This document shows positions 1 to 7,828 of a stretch of DNA of 49,287 nt, one piece after another. The stretch is from Clostridia bacterium (GTDB taxonomy: Bacteria > Bacillota > Clostridia > Christensenellales > UBA3700), in assembly GCA_036659935.1 (NCBI GenBank), contig JAVXBP010000002.1, positions 1 to 49,287 of the forward strand. The letters are read 5' to 3'. Both the position numbers and the translations under genes were made by a program. Position 1 is the first letter of the stretch, and the number at the start of each line of letters is the position of its first letter. The notes under the pieces are model-generated. The model was not told the DNA's origin, made no database searches, and saw nothing but the letters and a program-made list of their open reading frames with translations.

Positions 1-2
1 GC

Positions 3-908
3 GTGGGACAAGCTTTCCGCATAACGTTGCAAGACGAGATTGTCAGAGTAATTCCGCCGTGCGATATCCCCGTCAAAATCGTGTATCAAGACGATGACGT
101 CGCGGTGATTGACAAGCAAAAGGGGCTTGCCGTGATATCCTCAGGCAACCATTATGGACGAAGTTTGGAAAACGCGCTCGCAAACATTTGGGGGCAATTT
201 GTCTATCGACCAGTCAATCGCCTTGACCGAGACACGTCGGGGCTTATGATTGTCGCAAAGAATCAACTCGCGCATTCTGTCTTGTCAACGTCGGGCGTAA
301 GGCGCAAATATATTGGCTTGTGTCAAGGGGAATGGAGTGGCAGCGGACAAATCGACCAGCCAATCAACAAGGTCGCTGGCGACAGTATGCGCCGACAAAT
401 CGACCAGAACGGCAAGCCTGCGCAAACGGACTTTTGCGTGTTGGCAAGCTATCTCAGCCACGGAAACGCTGTCTCGATTGTGGCTTTCGAGTTGCGCACT
501 GGGCGCACGCACCAAATTCGCGCGCATTGTCAATTTGTCGGACACCCGCTTTGCGCGGACAAACTCTATGACCCAAACGGCGAGCAAGTTTGCGACCCGA
601 ATGGAAAATTGTTGACCGAACAAGCCTTGCACAGCGCATTTGTCCAATTTCGCCACCCAATAACTGGCAAAATGTTGGAATTTGTATCCATTCCGTCTTG
701 CGTGGCGGACAGCGCTTTTGAGCAAATTGCAATGCAAATAAAATTACCGCTTGCAATCAAACCGCCAACAGCGTCGCCAATAATGCAAAATTCTTTGTCT
801 GACAATGAGTTTAATTGTCTTATGGACAGGGCTGCGTTGTCTTACGCTCAAGGTCTGTGCACAAGCGCAAAAGAGTTCAAAGAAGAACTTCGCAAGGAGC
901 GCTTTTGA
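3..908 (+). CDS. RluA-family pseudouridine synthase (5' end cut by window edge)
   Basis: ORF open from window edge. Motifs NRLDRDTSGLMIVAK (catalytic Asp) and GRTHQIRAH are typical of the RluA/RluD family. The atypical ~60-aa C-terminal tail lies between 19-bp exact direct repeats (711-729 / 899-917). Confidence 0.85.
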   Translation: MGQAFRITLQDEIVRVIPPCDIPVKIVYQDDDVAVIDKQKGLAVISSGNHYGRSLENALANIWGQFVYRPVNRLDRDTSGLMIVAKNQLAHSVLSTSGVRRKYIGLCQGEWSGSGQIDQPINKVAGDSMRRQIDQNGKPAQTDFCVLASYLSHGNAVSIVAFELRTGRTHQIRAHCQFVGHPLCADKLYDPNGEQVCDPNGKLLTEQALHSAFVQFRHPITGKMLEFVSIPSCVADSAFEQIAMQIKLPLAIKPPTASPIMQNSLSDNEFNCLMDRAALSYAQGLCTSAKEFKEELRKERF

Positions 909-930
909 GCAAATTGTCACAAATTCACTG

Positions 931-959
931 TTGACAAAAGAATAAATTTATTATATAAT
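931..959 (+). promoter_or_regulatory. sigma-A-like promoter upstream of alcohol dehydrogenase gene
   Basis: TTGACA (931-936), 17-nt spacer, TATAAT (954-959), ~75 nt upstream of ATG 1037. Confidence 0.5.
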
Positions 960-1036
960 AAAAGAATATTAATATATCAAACAATTATCAACGCTACAAA
1001 AACACCGATTTTAATTTCTGACAAAAGGGAGAAAAA

Positions 1037-2245
1037 ATGAATTTTTTTACAAAATTTTACGCGCGGTTTTTCCAAAAAGTTACATACGCGGTTATGCCGT
1101 TTATCGGTTGGAGAAAGCCACAATTGTTGGAGCTCGAACAGGGCGTTTGTGGCTTGCCACAGTTTTTGAAAGAGAACGGCTTTGGCAAAGCTTTGATTGT
1201 GACAGGGCCGACAATTCGCAAAATTGGGCTTATTGACGGGCTTTTGTCCGCTATGACCGACAGCGGAATGGACTTTGCAATTTTTGACAAAGTGCAACCG
1301 AACCCAACAATCGACAATATCGAAGAAGGCGTCAAACTCTACAACGAGCAAAAATGTTCGTGCATTATTGCGTTTGGCGGCGGCTCAAATATGGACTGCG
1401 CAAAAATAATAGGCGCGAGAATTGCCCGCCCAAAAAAGAAAGTTTGCAAAATGAAAGGCTTGCTCAAGGTCGGCAAAAATATTCCGCCGTTTTTTGCGAT
1501 TCCTACTACCGCTGGCTCGGGCAGTGAAACTACGCTTGCGGCGGTCATTTCCAATCCGCTCACTCACGAAAAATATCCAATCAACGACACGCATATCATT
1601 CCGCATTACGCATTGCTTGACCCACAATTGACGGTCGCGTTGCCACCGCTCACCACGGCGACGACGGGCATGGACGCGCTCACCCACGCGGTGGAAGCGT
1701 ATATCGGCAAAAGCAACACTCGCGAGACAACAGAAATGGCTGTCAGCGCGATAAAGCTCATTTTTTCCAACTTGCGCAAGGCGGTTGAACACGGCGACGA
1801 TATCAACGCGCGCAAAAATATGCAGGTCGCGTCTTACAAGGCTGGCGTAGCGTTTACTCGCGCTTATGTCGGCTATGTCCACGCAATCGCGCACGCGCTG
1901 GGCGGTTTCTATCAAATTCCGCACGGACTTGCGAACGCGGTTATTTTGCCGTATGTTTTGGAACGCTATGGCGAATGCATACATTATCAATTGGCAAGTC
2001 TTTCGTTTTTTGTCGGGCTGGGGACTTTTACCGCGAGCGAAAAAGCCAACGCGGATATTTTTATTCAAGCGATAAGAAATATGAATGACAGCTTTGGCAT
2101 TCCAAACAAAATTATCGGCATCAAAAAAGAGGACATTCCACAAATGGCTGAGCGCGCTTACAAAGAAGCGACGCCACTCTATCCAGTGCCAAGAATGTTC
2201 GACAAAAAAGAGTTGGAAGAAATTTTTGCGGAAATTGCAGAATAA
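1037..2245 (+). CDS. iron-containing (group III) alcohol dehydrogenase
   Basis: GGGAGA Shine-Dalgarno before the ATG. Fe-ADH signatures GGGSNMDCAK and the His-rich metal-site region YVGYVHAIAHALGG..PHG. Confidence 0.9.
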   Translation: MNFFTKFYARFFQKVTYAVMPFIGWRKPQLLELEQGVCGLPQFLKENGFGKALIVTGPTIRKIGLIDGLLSAMTDSGMDFAIFDKVQPNPTIDNIEEGVKLYNEQKCSCIIAFGGGSNMDCAKIIGARIARPKKKVCKMKGLLKVGKNIPPFFAIPTTAGSGSETTLAAVISNPLTHEKYPINDTHIIPHYALLDPQLTVALPPLTTATTGMDALTHAVEAYIGKSNTRETTEMAVSAIKLIFSNLRKAVEHGDDINARKNMQVASYKAGVAFTRAYVGYVHAIAHALGGFYQIPHGLANAVILPYVLERYGECIHYQLASLSFFVGLGTFTASEKANADIFIQAIRNMNDSFGIPNKIIGIKKEDIPQMAERAYKEATPLYPVPRMFDKKELEEIFAEIAE

Positions 2246-2345
2246 AACGCGATAAAACAATCGAATAAGGGCTTTGCAGGGCAGTCAAATATTGTGGCGG
2301 TTTTGCAAAAAAATGGGAAATTTGTATCATCAAAAGGAGAAAATT

Positions 2346-3980
2346 ATGAAAAGAAATGGCATGTGTCCGATTTGCTTTCTCAAGAAGCTTTTCAAGAAAC
2401 ACAGCAGTCCGAGCGAACTTGTCTTGGACAAACCATATTCCAACGGCGCGGCGCAAACTCCGCCAATGGGCTGGTCGAGTTGGAACACTTTCAAAAACCA
2501 TATTGACGAAAACCTCGTCTTGGAAACCGCTCGCGCAATGCAAGAAAAAGGGCTTGTCGCGGCAGGTTACAATCATATCAACCTTGACGATTGTTGGCAT
2601 TCGTCTCTGAGAGACGCGGACGGCAATTTGCAAGCCGACTTGACAAGCTTTCCGCACGGAATTCCGTCTCTTGTGACTGAGTGCAACAAGCTTGGTCTCA
2701 AGGTGGGAATCTACTCGTCCAATGGCACTCTCACGTGCGAGGACTTGCCCGCAAGCCTCGGAAACGAGGAGAGAGACGCGCTCACAATCGCGCGCTGGGG
2801 CATTGAATTTTTCAAATATGACTTTTGTCACAATGAGCTGATAAGCCGTTATGCGCCATTGGTCGAGAGTGTCACCACCACGCCAAGCGGAGAGTTTGGC
2901 GGAGTGAATATCTCGTGCGCGCAGGCTTTGCTCTATGGCAGCGCGAAACTTATGCCCGACGAGCATACTCCAAGCGGATATCACGTGTCTGGTCTTGACG
3001 ACGGTGGCGGAAAAATGGAATTTAACAACATTTTCGCGGAAGCGGACGGAGACTATGTCTTGACAATCAACGTGCGCAAAAAAGGCGAATATAAGAAGTT
3101 TTTGATGGCGGTTGTCAATGGCTCGGACAAATATTTCTTTGACTTTCCACCGCAAAAATTTTGGAATTATACCGCAAAATTCCAACAAGTCGTAAGACTG
3201 AAAAAGGGAATAAACACGCTCGCGTTGTCCAACCCTGTCCACACAAACGCCGACAGCGCAATGTTGCAATATTATATCATGGGACAGGCGCTTGCAAAGG
3301 CGTCGGCGACTGTCGCGCAAGAAAATGCGACAGCGGAAAAACCAATCATTTTCTCCATTTGCGAATGGGGGAAAAACAAGCCGTATTTGTGGGGCAAATT
3401 TGCGGGCAATATGTGGCGCACAACGGGCGATATTATGGCTTGGTGGCCACGCGTAATGAACATCTACGAAAGCACTGTTGGTCTCTGGAAATATGCTGAC
3501 AAGGGGCACTGGAATGACCCCGATATGCTCGAGGTCGGCAACGGAAAACTCACCGACAACCAAAACAAGTCGCACTTTGCGCTGTGGTGTATGCTCAATT
3601 CTCCGCTCATTCTCGGCAACGATATCAGAAATATGAGCGACGAAGTGCAGAAAATTGTCACAAATGCAAACCTTATCGCAATCAACCAGGACAGCCTTGG
3701 CAAGCAAGCGAAAAGAATCAAAACTGGGCTTGTGGATATTCTTGCAAAACCGCTCGACGGCGGAAAAGTTGCTGTTTGCGTTTTCAACAAAGGGGCGACC
3801 GCCAACGAATTTAACTTGCAAATTGCGACGCTTTGCGCGGACGAGTATTTGAATCTTGCAAAAGCAAACACTTATTGCGCTGTCGACCAATACACGGGCA
3901 AAAGCGAAAATTGCTCGCTGTTGAAAGGCAAAATGGAAGCGTATGGCAACGCTATGTTTGTGATTGCGCCACAAAAGTAA
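2346..3980 (+). CDS. GH27 alpha-galactosidase (melibiase-type)
   Basis: ORF 2274-3980; start placed at ATG 2346, preceded by AAAAGGAGAAAATT. GH27 blocks PPMGWSSWN, INLDDCW, CEWG, DMLEVGN. No obvious signal peptide. Confidence 0.85.
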   Translation: MKRNGMCPICFLKKLFKKHSSPSELVLDKPYSNGAAQTPPMGWSSWNTFKNHIDENLVLETARAMQEKGLVAAGYNHINLDDCWHSSLRDADGNLQADLTSFPHGIPSLVTECNKLGLKVGIYSSNGTLTCEDLPASLGNEERDALTIARWGIEFFKYDFCHNELISRYAPLVESVTTTPSGEFGGVNISCAQALLYGSAKLMPDEHTPSGYHVSGLDDGGGKMEFNNIFAEADGDYVLTINVRKKGEYKKFLMAVVNGSDKYFFDFPPQKFWNYTAKFQQVVRLKKGINTLALSNPVHTNADSAMLQYYIMGQALAKASATVAQENATAEKPIIFSICEWGKNKPYLWGKFAGNMWRTTGDIMAWWPRVMNIYESTVGLWKYADKGHWNDPDMLEVGNGKLTDNQNKSHFALWCMLNSPLILGNDIRNMSDEVQKIVTNANLIAINQDSLGKQAKRIKTGLVDILAKPLDGGKVAVCVFNKGATANEFNLQIATLCADEYLNLAKANTYCAVDQYTGKSENCSLLKGKMEAYGNAMFVIAPQK

Positions 3981-4125
3981 GTTCAAAAGAAGGAAAATAT
4001 GTTAGAAATGACCTTGCTCGCGGAAAGTTCGAAATAGAATAAAAAAAAGTAAGTCGCAAAAAGGACTTTGTACGCGGAAAAAGTTAAAAATAACGAAAAA
4101 TAAAAAGTGAGTGTCAGAAAAGACG
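3974..4125. repeat. degenerate tandem repeat seeded by the 3' end of the GH27 gene
   Basis: AAAAGTAAGT (includes stop TAA 3978-3980) at 3974, again at 4045, and AAAAGTGAGT at 4103. CGCGGAAAGTT / CGCGGAAAAAGTT blocks recur within the units. Period ~58-71 bp. Confidence 0.6.
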
Positions 4126-4243
4126 GTTCAAACAACAAAAATATGCCAAAAAAATATATAAGTGTGGCGTAAAATGCGATTTATTTAACTAGATAGACTT
4201 CAATTTGTTGTAAAAGCCGTCCGAATATGATATTATGTGACAT

Positions 4244-5599
4244 ATGGGAAAAAACTTTAGAAATTATAATAATCAAAATAGACAGAGAATTGTTGATAAT
4301 TTTGAACCGAGTGGCAACGCGGAAGATTTGCAACGCCCAATTGAAGAATTGCAATTGTTTCCTCGCACAGAAGAAGCGCTCAAAGCGGGGGCTTTTGTCA
4401 CTTTGCGCGATTTGGCGGCAAAAAGATTGTCGCAAATGTACAAGGTTCAAAATATTGGCAAAAAACAATGTATAGAAATTTCTCGCAAAATGCAAAAATA
4501 TAGTTTGAGCTTTCGAGAAGAAGAACCTGTTGTAGACCAACAAGACGGCGCTCAAGCTCAACCGAACAACGGCGCGCAAGCCCAACAAAGAGTTGGCGGA
4601 CAACCAAACGGCGAGCCAAGAGTAGGATTGCGCCCAAACACCAACAAAAGGCGCGAAGATAATGGCGCGGATAACGGCGGACAAGCGAGAGACAGCGGAC
4701 AAGTCCGCGACAACAACGGACAAGCGAGAGACAACGGACAGGCGAGAGACAACAATCGCAACCGCGACGGCAGACAAGATCGCAACCGCGACAGACAGCC
4801 GAACGGACAACAAGCTCAAGTCGCTCAAGGCGGAGCTGTCGGCGAGCCAAACAACAATGGACAAGCGAGAGACAACTTCCGCAACCGCAATGACCGCAAT
4901 GCTCGCCCAGACGGCAATCGTCCCGACCGCAACAATCGCAATGACCGCAATCAACAAGGCAGTCGCAATCAACAAAACAATCAACAAAACAACCGCAGAC
5001 AAGATGACGTCGCGCAACCAAACAATGACGCGCAAACGGAAGAATTCTTGTCGTCAGGACCGCTTACAAACCGCAATCGTCAGCTTATGCAGAGTGTCAA
5101 TCGCGGGCTGAATGACTCCCTTTCTCGTCAATATTCGGGCATGACAATCAATGAGATTATCGTCGGCAAGCGACCAAGACCGCTTCCGCCACGCCCAGAA
5201 AAAGAGTTTTTGACACCAGATAGCATTGTCAAATTTTGCCGTCAAGGCAAGTGGGGATACAAAGATTGGAAGGGCAACGTTATCATTCAACCGACTTTCG
5301 ACGAGGCTTATGGCTTCCACGAAGGGGTCGCGTGGGTGGAAAAAGACGGCAAACTCGCCTATATCAACAAGAAAGGCGACCTTTTGATTGACTATAAATA
5401 TGACGCTGCGACAAGCTTTTCGGAAGCGCGCGCAAGTGTAAGCCTTGGCGAAAAAAGCGGATATATCGACATGCAAGGCGAACCTATCGGCGAAATGGAA
5501 TATGATGTCGCGACACCGTTTTTTGACGGCAGAGCAATCGTAAGACAAGCCGACCGTTGGGGAGTTCTTACGGCAGACGGCAAAATTATGTGGCGCTAA
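4244..5599 (+). CDS. RpoA alpha-CTD-like (HhH) domain / disordered N,R,D,Q-rich repeat / WG-repeat protein
   Basis: N-terminus IEELQLFPRTEEALKAGAFVTLRDLAAKRLSQMYKVQNIGKKQCIEISRKM parallels RNA polymerase alpha C-terminal domain (IEELDLSVRSYNCLKRAGI..VRNLGRKSLEEV). The middle carries GQARDN/NRNDRN repeats. The C-terminus has GKWGY..G..VI..YD..F.EG.A repeats (WG/KWG repeat type). All three parts are in one frame. Confidence 0.7.
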   Translation: MGKNFRNYNNQNRQRIVDNFEPSGNAEDLQRPIEELQLFPRTEEALKAGAFVTLRDLAAKRLSQMYKVQNIGKKQCIEISRKMQKYSLSFREEEPVVDQQDGAQAQPNNGAQAQQRVGGQPNGEPRVGLRPNTNKRREDNGADNGGQARDSGQVRDNNGQARDNGQARDNNRNRDGRQDRNRDRQPNGQQAQVAQGGAVGEPNNNGQARDNFRNRNDRNARPDGNRPDRNNRNDRNQQGSRNQQNNQQNNRRQDDVAQPNNDAQTEEFLSSGPLTNRNRQLMQSVNRGLNDSLSRQYSGMTINEIIVGKRPRPLPPRPEKEFLTPDSIVKFCRQGKWGYKDWKGNVIIQPTFDEAYGFHEGVAWVEKDGKLAYINKKGDLLIDYKYDAATSFSEARASVSLGEKSGYIDMQGEPIGEMEYDVATPFFDGRAIVRQADRWGVLTADGKIMWR

Positions 5600-5712
5600 A
5601 ATTCCAAAAAAAAGGAAAACACGACAAAAATAATTTTTTTTGAGCGAGCAAATGGAATTGATATCTATATAAAATATCGTAAAATGAAATTGGTATTGTA
5701 AAAAATATGCAA

Positions 5713-6468
5713 CTATCTCAGACAGTTGTTTAGGGCGGCGGTGATAATACTGCCGCTTTCTTTTACCAATTTGTCGATATCGCTCGGGGTGACTACATAT
5801 TGCGCAATCGCCGACGGCAAGGCGCATTTGTCATATATCGAGCCGACGCTTATCACAAGCGGACAGCCAATCGCAATCACCGGCGCGCCGAGCGACGACT
5901 TGTCCAAGATTGGTTGGGCGTTGTCAACGCCACTGCCAGCGCTTATGCCTGCCGTTGTCAGTTGGAAACTCTTGCCAAGACGGTCAATTTTGTTGGTGGA
6001 CAAGCTGTCAATAATGATGATGAGCGCTGGCTTTTGCGTGTAGATTACTCCGCGAATTATGTCATAAGAACTGATGCCTGTCAGCCCGGCAAGCTGTGGA
6101 ATCAACGAGCAAATTTGATAGCGCGTCGATACTTTCGAGATTGCTTTCGCCACCTCATAGCCGAGCGCGTCAGCCGTGTAATTGCGATTGCCAAGCCCCA
6201 CGACAAGGGCTTTTCCGCCGTCAACACCGAGCTTTTTGACAAGGCGAGAAAGTGAAGTCTCGATGACTTTCGATATCGTCGACGGCTTGGAGCGGTGGTC
6301 GGGCAAAATCGTGACATAGTGTCCTTGCCTGCGGTTGGTTTTGCGCGCGAGCTGTGGCGTGACGGTGACTTCGTTGACGGTGACGCCTCGTTGGACATAG
6401 GTTTTGACAGGCAAAGAAGTGAGCTCCTCCGCGCTTTCTAACAAAAATTTGTCTTGAGTTGTTTCCAT
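5713..6468 (-). CDS. gpr: GPR endopeptidase (spore germination protease, peptidase A25)
   Basis: Blocks ALVVGLGNRNYTADALG, LTGISSYDIIRGV, LIIIIDSL, LTTAGISAGSGV, PVIAIGCPLV and VVTPSDIDKLVKESGSIITAALN line up with Bacillus GPR (LVVGLGN..VTPDALGP, IQISDSGIHPGSGVGN, LMVTPKEVD..). Start set at the second ATG (6468), just after a G7 run; the ORF track starts at 6489. Confidence 0.75.
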   Translation of the reverse strand: METTQDKFLLESAEELTSLPVKTYVQRGVTVNEVTVTPQLARKTNRRQGHYVTILPDHRSKPSTISKVIETSLSRLVKKLGVDGGKALVVGLGNRNYTADALGYEVAKAISKVSTRYQICSLIPQLAGLTGISSYDIIRGVIYTQKPALIIIIDSLSTNKIDRLGKSFQLTTAGISAGSGVDNAQPILDKSSLGAPVIAIGCPLVISVGSIYDKCALPSAIAQYVVTPSDIDKLVKESGSIITAALNNCLR

Positions 6469-6872
6469 ATGCCCCCCCAAAAAATGCAATTAATGAGATA
6501 ATTATTATGCGTTGAACGCTAATAAGATTGTATTATATATTAACAATATACTTGCGATTGTCGCGCGCTCTTGCGTTTATTTCTTTCCAATCAATATTGT
6601 TGACAGCACGGGAAAAGTTATTCGCAAAAACAAGCGACGATATGCTCGCTTTTTGTTTACTTTTGTAGAACAATCGTGTATAATTGTCTTAAAGTAAGGC
6701 GAATATTTGTCCGTTTGGGCTTGTCACAAGTCTCAAGTTGACCAAAACACACCAAATTATACAAAAAAATGTGTTTTATTGCAAAAAATATGTTTAAATA
6801 GTTGCAATAATCAAAGTTGTATGATAAACTTATCTAGCTAAATAAGAAAAAATATGTAAATGGAGGGAAGTT

Positions 6873-7139
6873 ATGCCTAACATTAAGTCTCAAATAAAAA
6901 GAGTAAAAACAAATCAAAAGGAAAACGATATAAATATCGCAAAGAAAACTCGCGTTCGCAATTGCATTAAGAAATTTACTGCCGCTGTTGCTGCAAACGA
7001 TGTTGAATTGGCGCAAACACTTTTGGTGGAATCTATTTCTTTGATTGACCGCGCAAAAAATGACGGAATTTATCATAGCAATACTGCTAGCAGAAAAATT
7101 TCAAGACTTTCGAAGCAACTCGACACAATCAAGAAGTAA
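6873..7139 (+). CDS. rpsT: 30S ribosomal protein S20
   Basis: MPNIKSQIKRVKTNQK.. N-terminus and 88-aa basic protein; GGAGGG SD. Confidence 0.95.
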   Translation: MPNIKSQIKRVKTNQKENDINIAKKTRVRNCIKKFTAAVAANDVELAQTLLVESISLIDRAKNDGIYHSNTASRKISRLSKQLDTIKK

Positions 7140-7172
7140 TTCTTTATAGAAGAAAAGAAAGCAAAAAAATAC

Positions 7173-7203
7173 AGGAAACGTTGAAAAGCGCTTCCTTTTT
7201 TTT
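7173..7203 (+). terminator. intrinsic terminator after rpsT
   Basis: AGGAAACG / CGCTTCCT stem (one mismatch) followed by a T9 run. Confidence 0.6.
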
Positions 7204-7482
7204 GCGCCAAAATTGACTTTTGCGTTGATAAGTTATTTTTTTATCCAAGGCTTTTCGCTTTGCAAAAAGTTTTTTCGATTGGGAAAAGGATTTTGTTTTT
7301 TATTAAAACATAGTTATTGAATAAATTTTCGTTTTTTTATGAGTGAGTTATTTTGTTTATAATTTTTGTATTGTTTAAACAAAGTCGCGTCTTTGTGCGA
7401 ATTGAACTTTTGTAATAAAGTTTCCTGTTTTGTGGAAAAGTTTTTTATTTCTCACGGCTGGAAAAAATATTTGGCAAAACCA

Positions 7483-7511
7483 TTGACAATTGTGCTGCGA
7501 TAGCATATACT
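7483..7511 (+). promoter_or_regulatory. sigma-A-like promoter of csoR-ATPase operon
   Basis: TTGACA (7483-7488), 17 nt, TATACT (7506-7511). Confidence 0.6.
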
Positions 7512-7518
7512 AATGTTG

Positions 7519-7541
7519 TACCCCCCCCAAGGGGATAGGGG
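7519..7541 (+). promoter_or_regulatory. candidate CsoR operator (GC-rich pseudo-palindrome)
   Basis: TACCCCCCCCAAGGGGATAGGGG lies immediately downstream of the -10. It has the C-tract/G-tract inverted architecture known for CsoR operators. Confidence 0.55.
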
Positions 7542-7558
7542 CAAAAGGAGAAAAGTAA

Positions 7559-7819
7559 ATGAAAGAATGTTTGTGTAGTGATATTGACAGAAGATTGGCA
7601 ATAATAGAAGGGCATATAAAGGGCATAAGACAAATGGTCGTCGAAGAAAAAGATTGCGGTGATATCTTGATGCAATTGTCGGCGGTCGAGTCGTCAATCA
7701 AAAAAACTGGCAAAATTATTCTCAAAAACCATATTGAATATTGCGTCAAAGAAAGCGTGGAAAAGGGCGACCTTGCTGTCTTGGACAGATTGAGCGAAGT
7801 GCTTGACCGCTACAAATAA
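7559..7819 (+). CDS. csoR: CsoR-family metal-sensing transcriptional repressor (Cu(I)-type C-H-C fingerprint)
   Basis: 86 aa with RRLAIIEGHIKGIRQMV. Ligand fingerprint is Cys33 (DCGDIL), His58 and Cys62 (NHIEYC), with the same 25/4 spacing as B. subtilis CsoR C45/H70/C74. Confidence 0.85.
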   Translation: MKECLCSDIDRRLAIIEGHIKGIRQMVVEEKDCGDILMQLSAVESSIKKTGKIILKNHIEYCVKESVEKGDLAVLDRLSEVLDRYK

Positions 7820-7828
7820 GGAGAGTTT

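Noticed and set aside
2121-3986. 621-aa ORF on the minus strand spanning the whole GH27 gene, with similar long antisense ORFs at 1385-2260, 13033-14121, 17695-18447, 28337-29413, 30790-31899, 35834-36709 and 41605-42360.
   Set aside because: All are exactly codon-aligned to a sense gene with strong family motifs. Their translations are R/F/V-rich with no recognisable domains and no SD or start context. They are explained by avoidance of TTA/CTA/TCA in the sense genes (shadow ORFs).
4181-5035. 284-aa hydrophobic, repeat-rich ORF (..VSRLSVVSRLSVV..) that looks like a multi-TM protein.
   Set aside because: It is codon-aligned antisense to the GQARDN repeat region of the 4244-5599 gene. Its repeats merely mirror the sense repeats, and the sense frame links two recognisable domains.
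6471-6477. C7 (G7 on the coding strand) homopolymer at the gpr start, and C8 at 7521-7528, as possible phase-variation tracts.
   Set aside because: Both are short. The first most simply acts as the SD-like element for ATG 6468, and the second is the C-arm of the putative CsoR operator. A single sequence gives no evidence of length heterogeneity.
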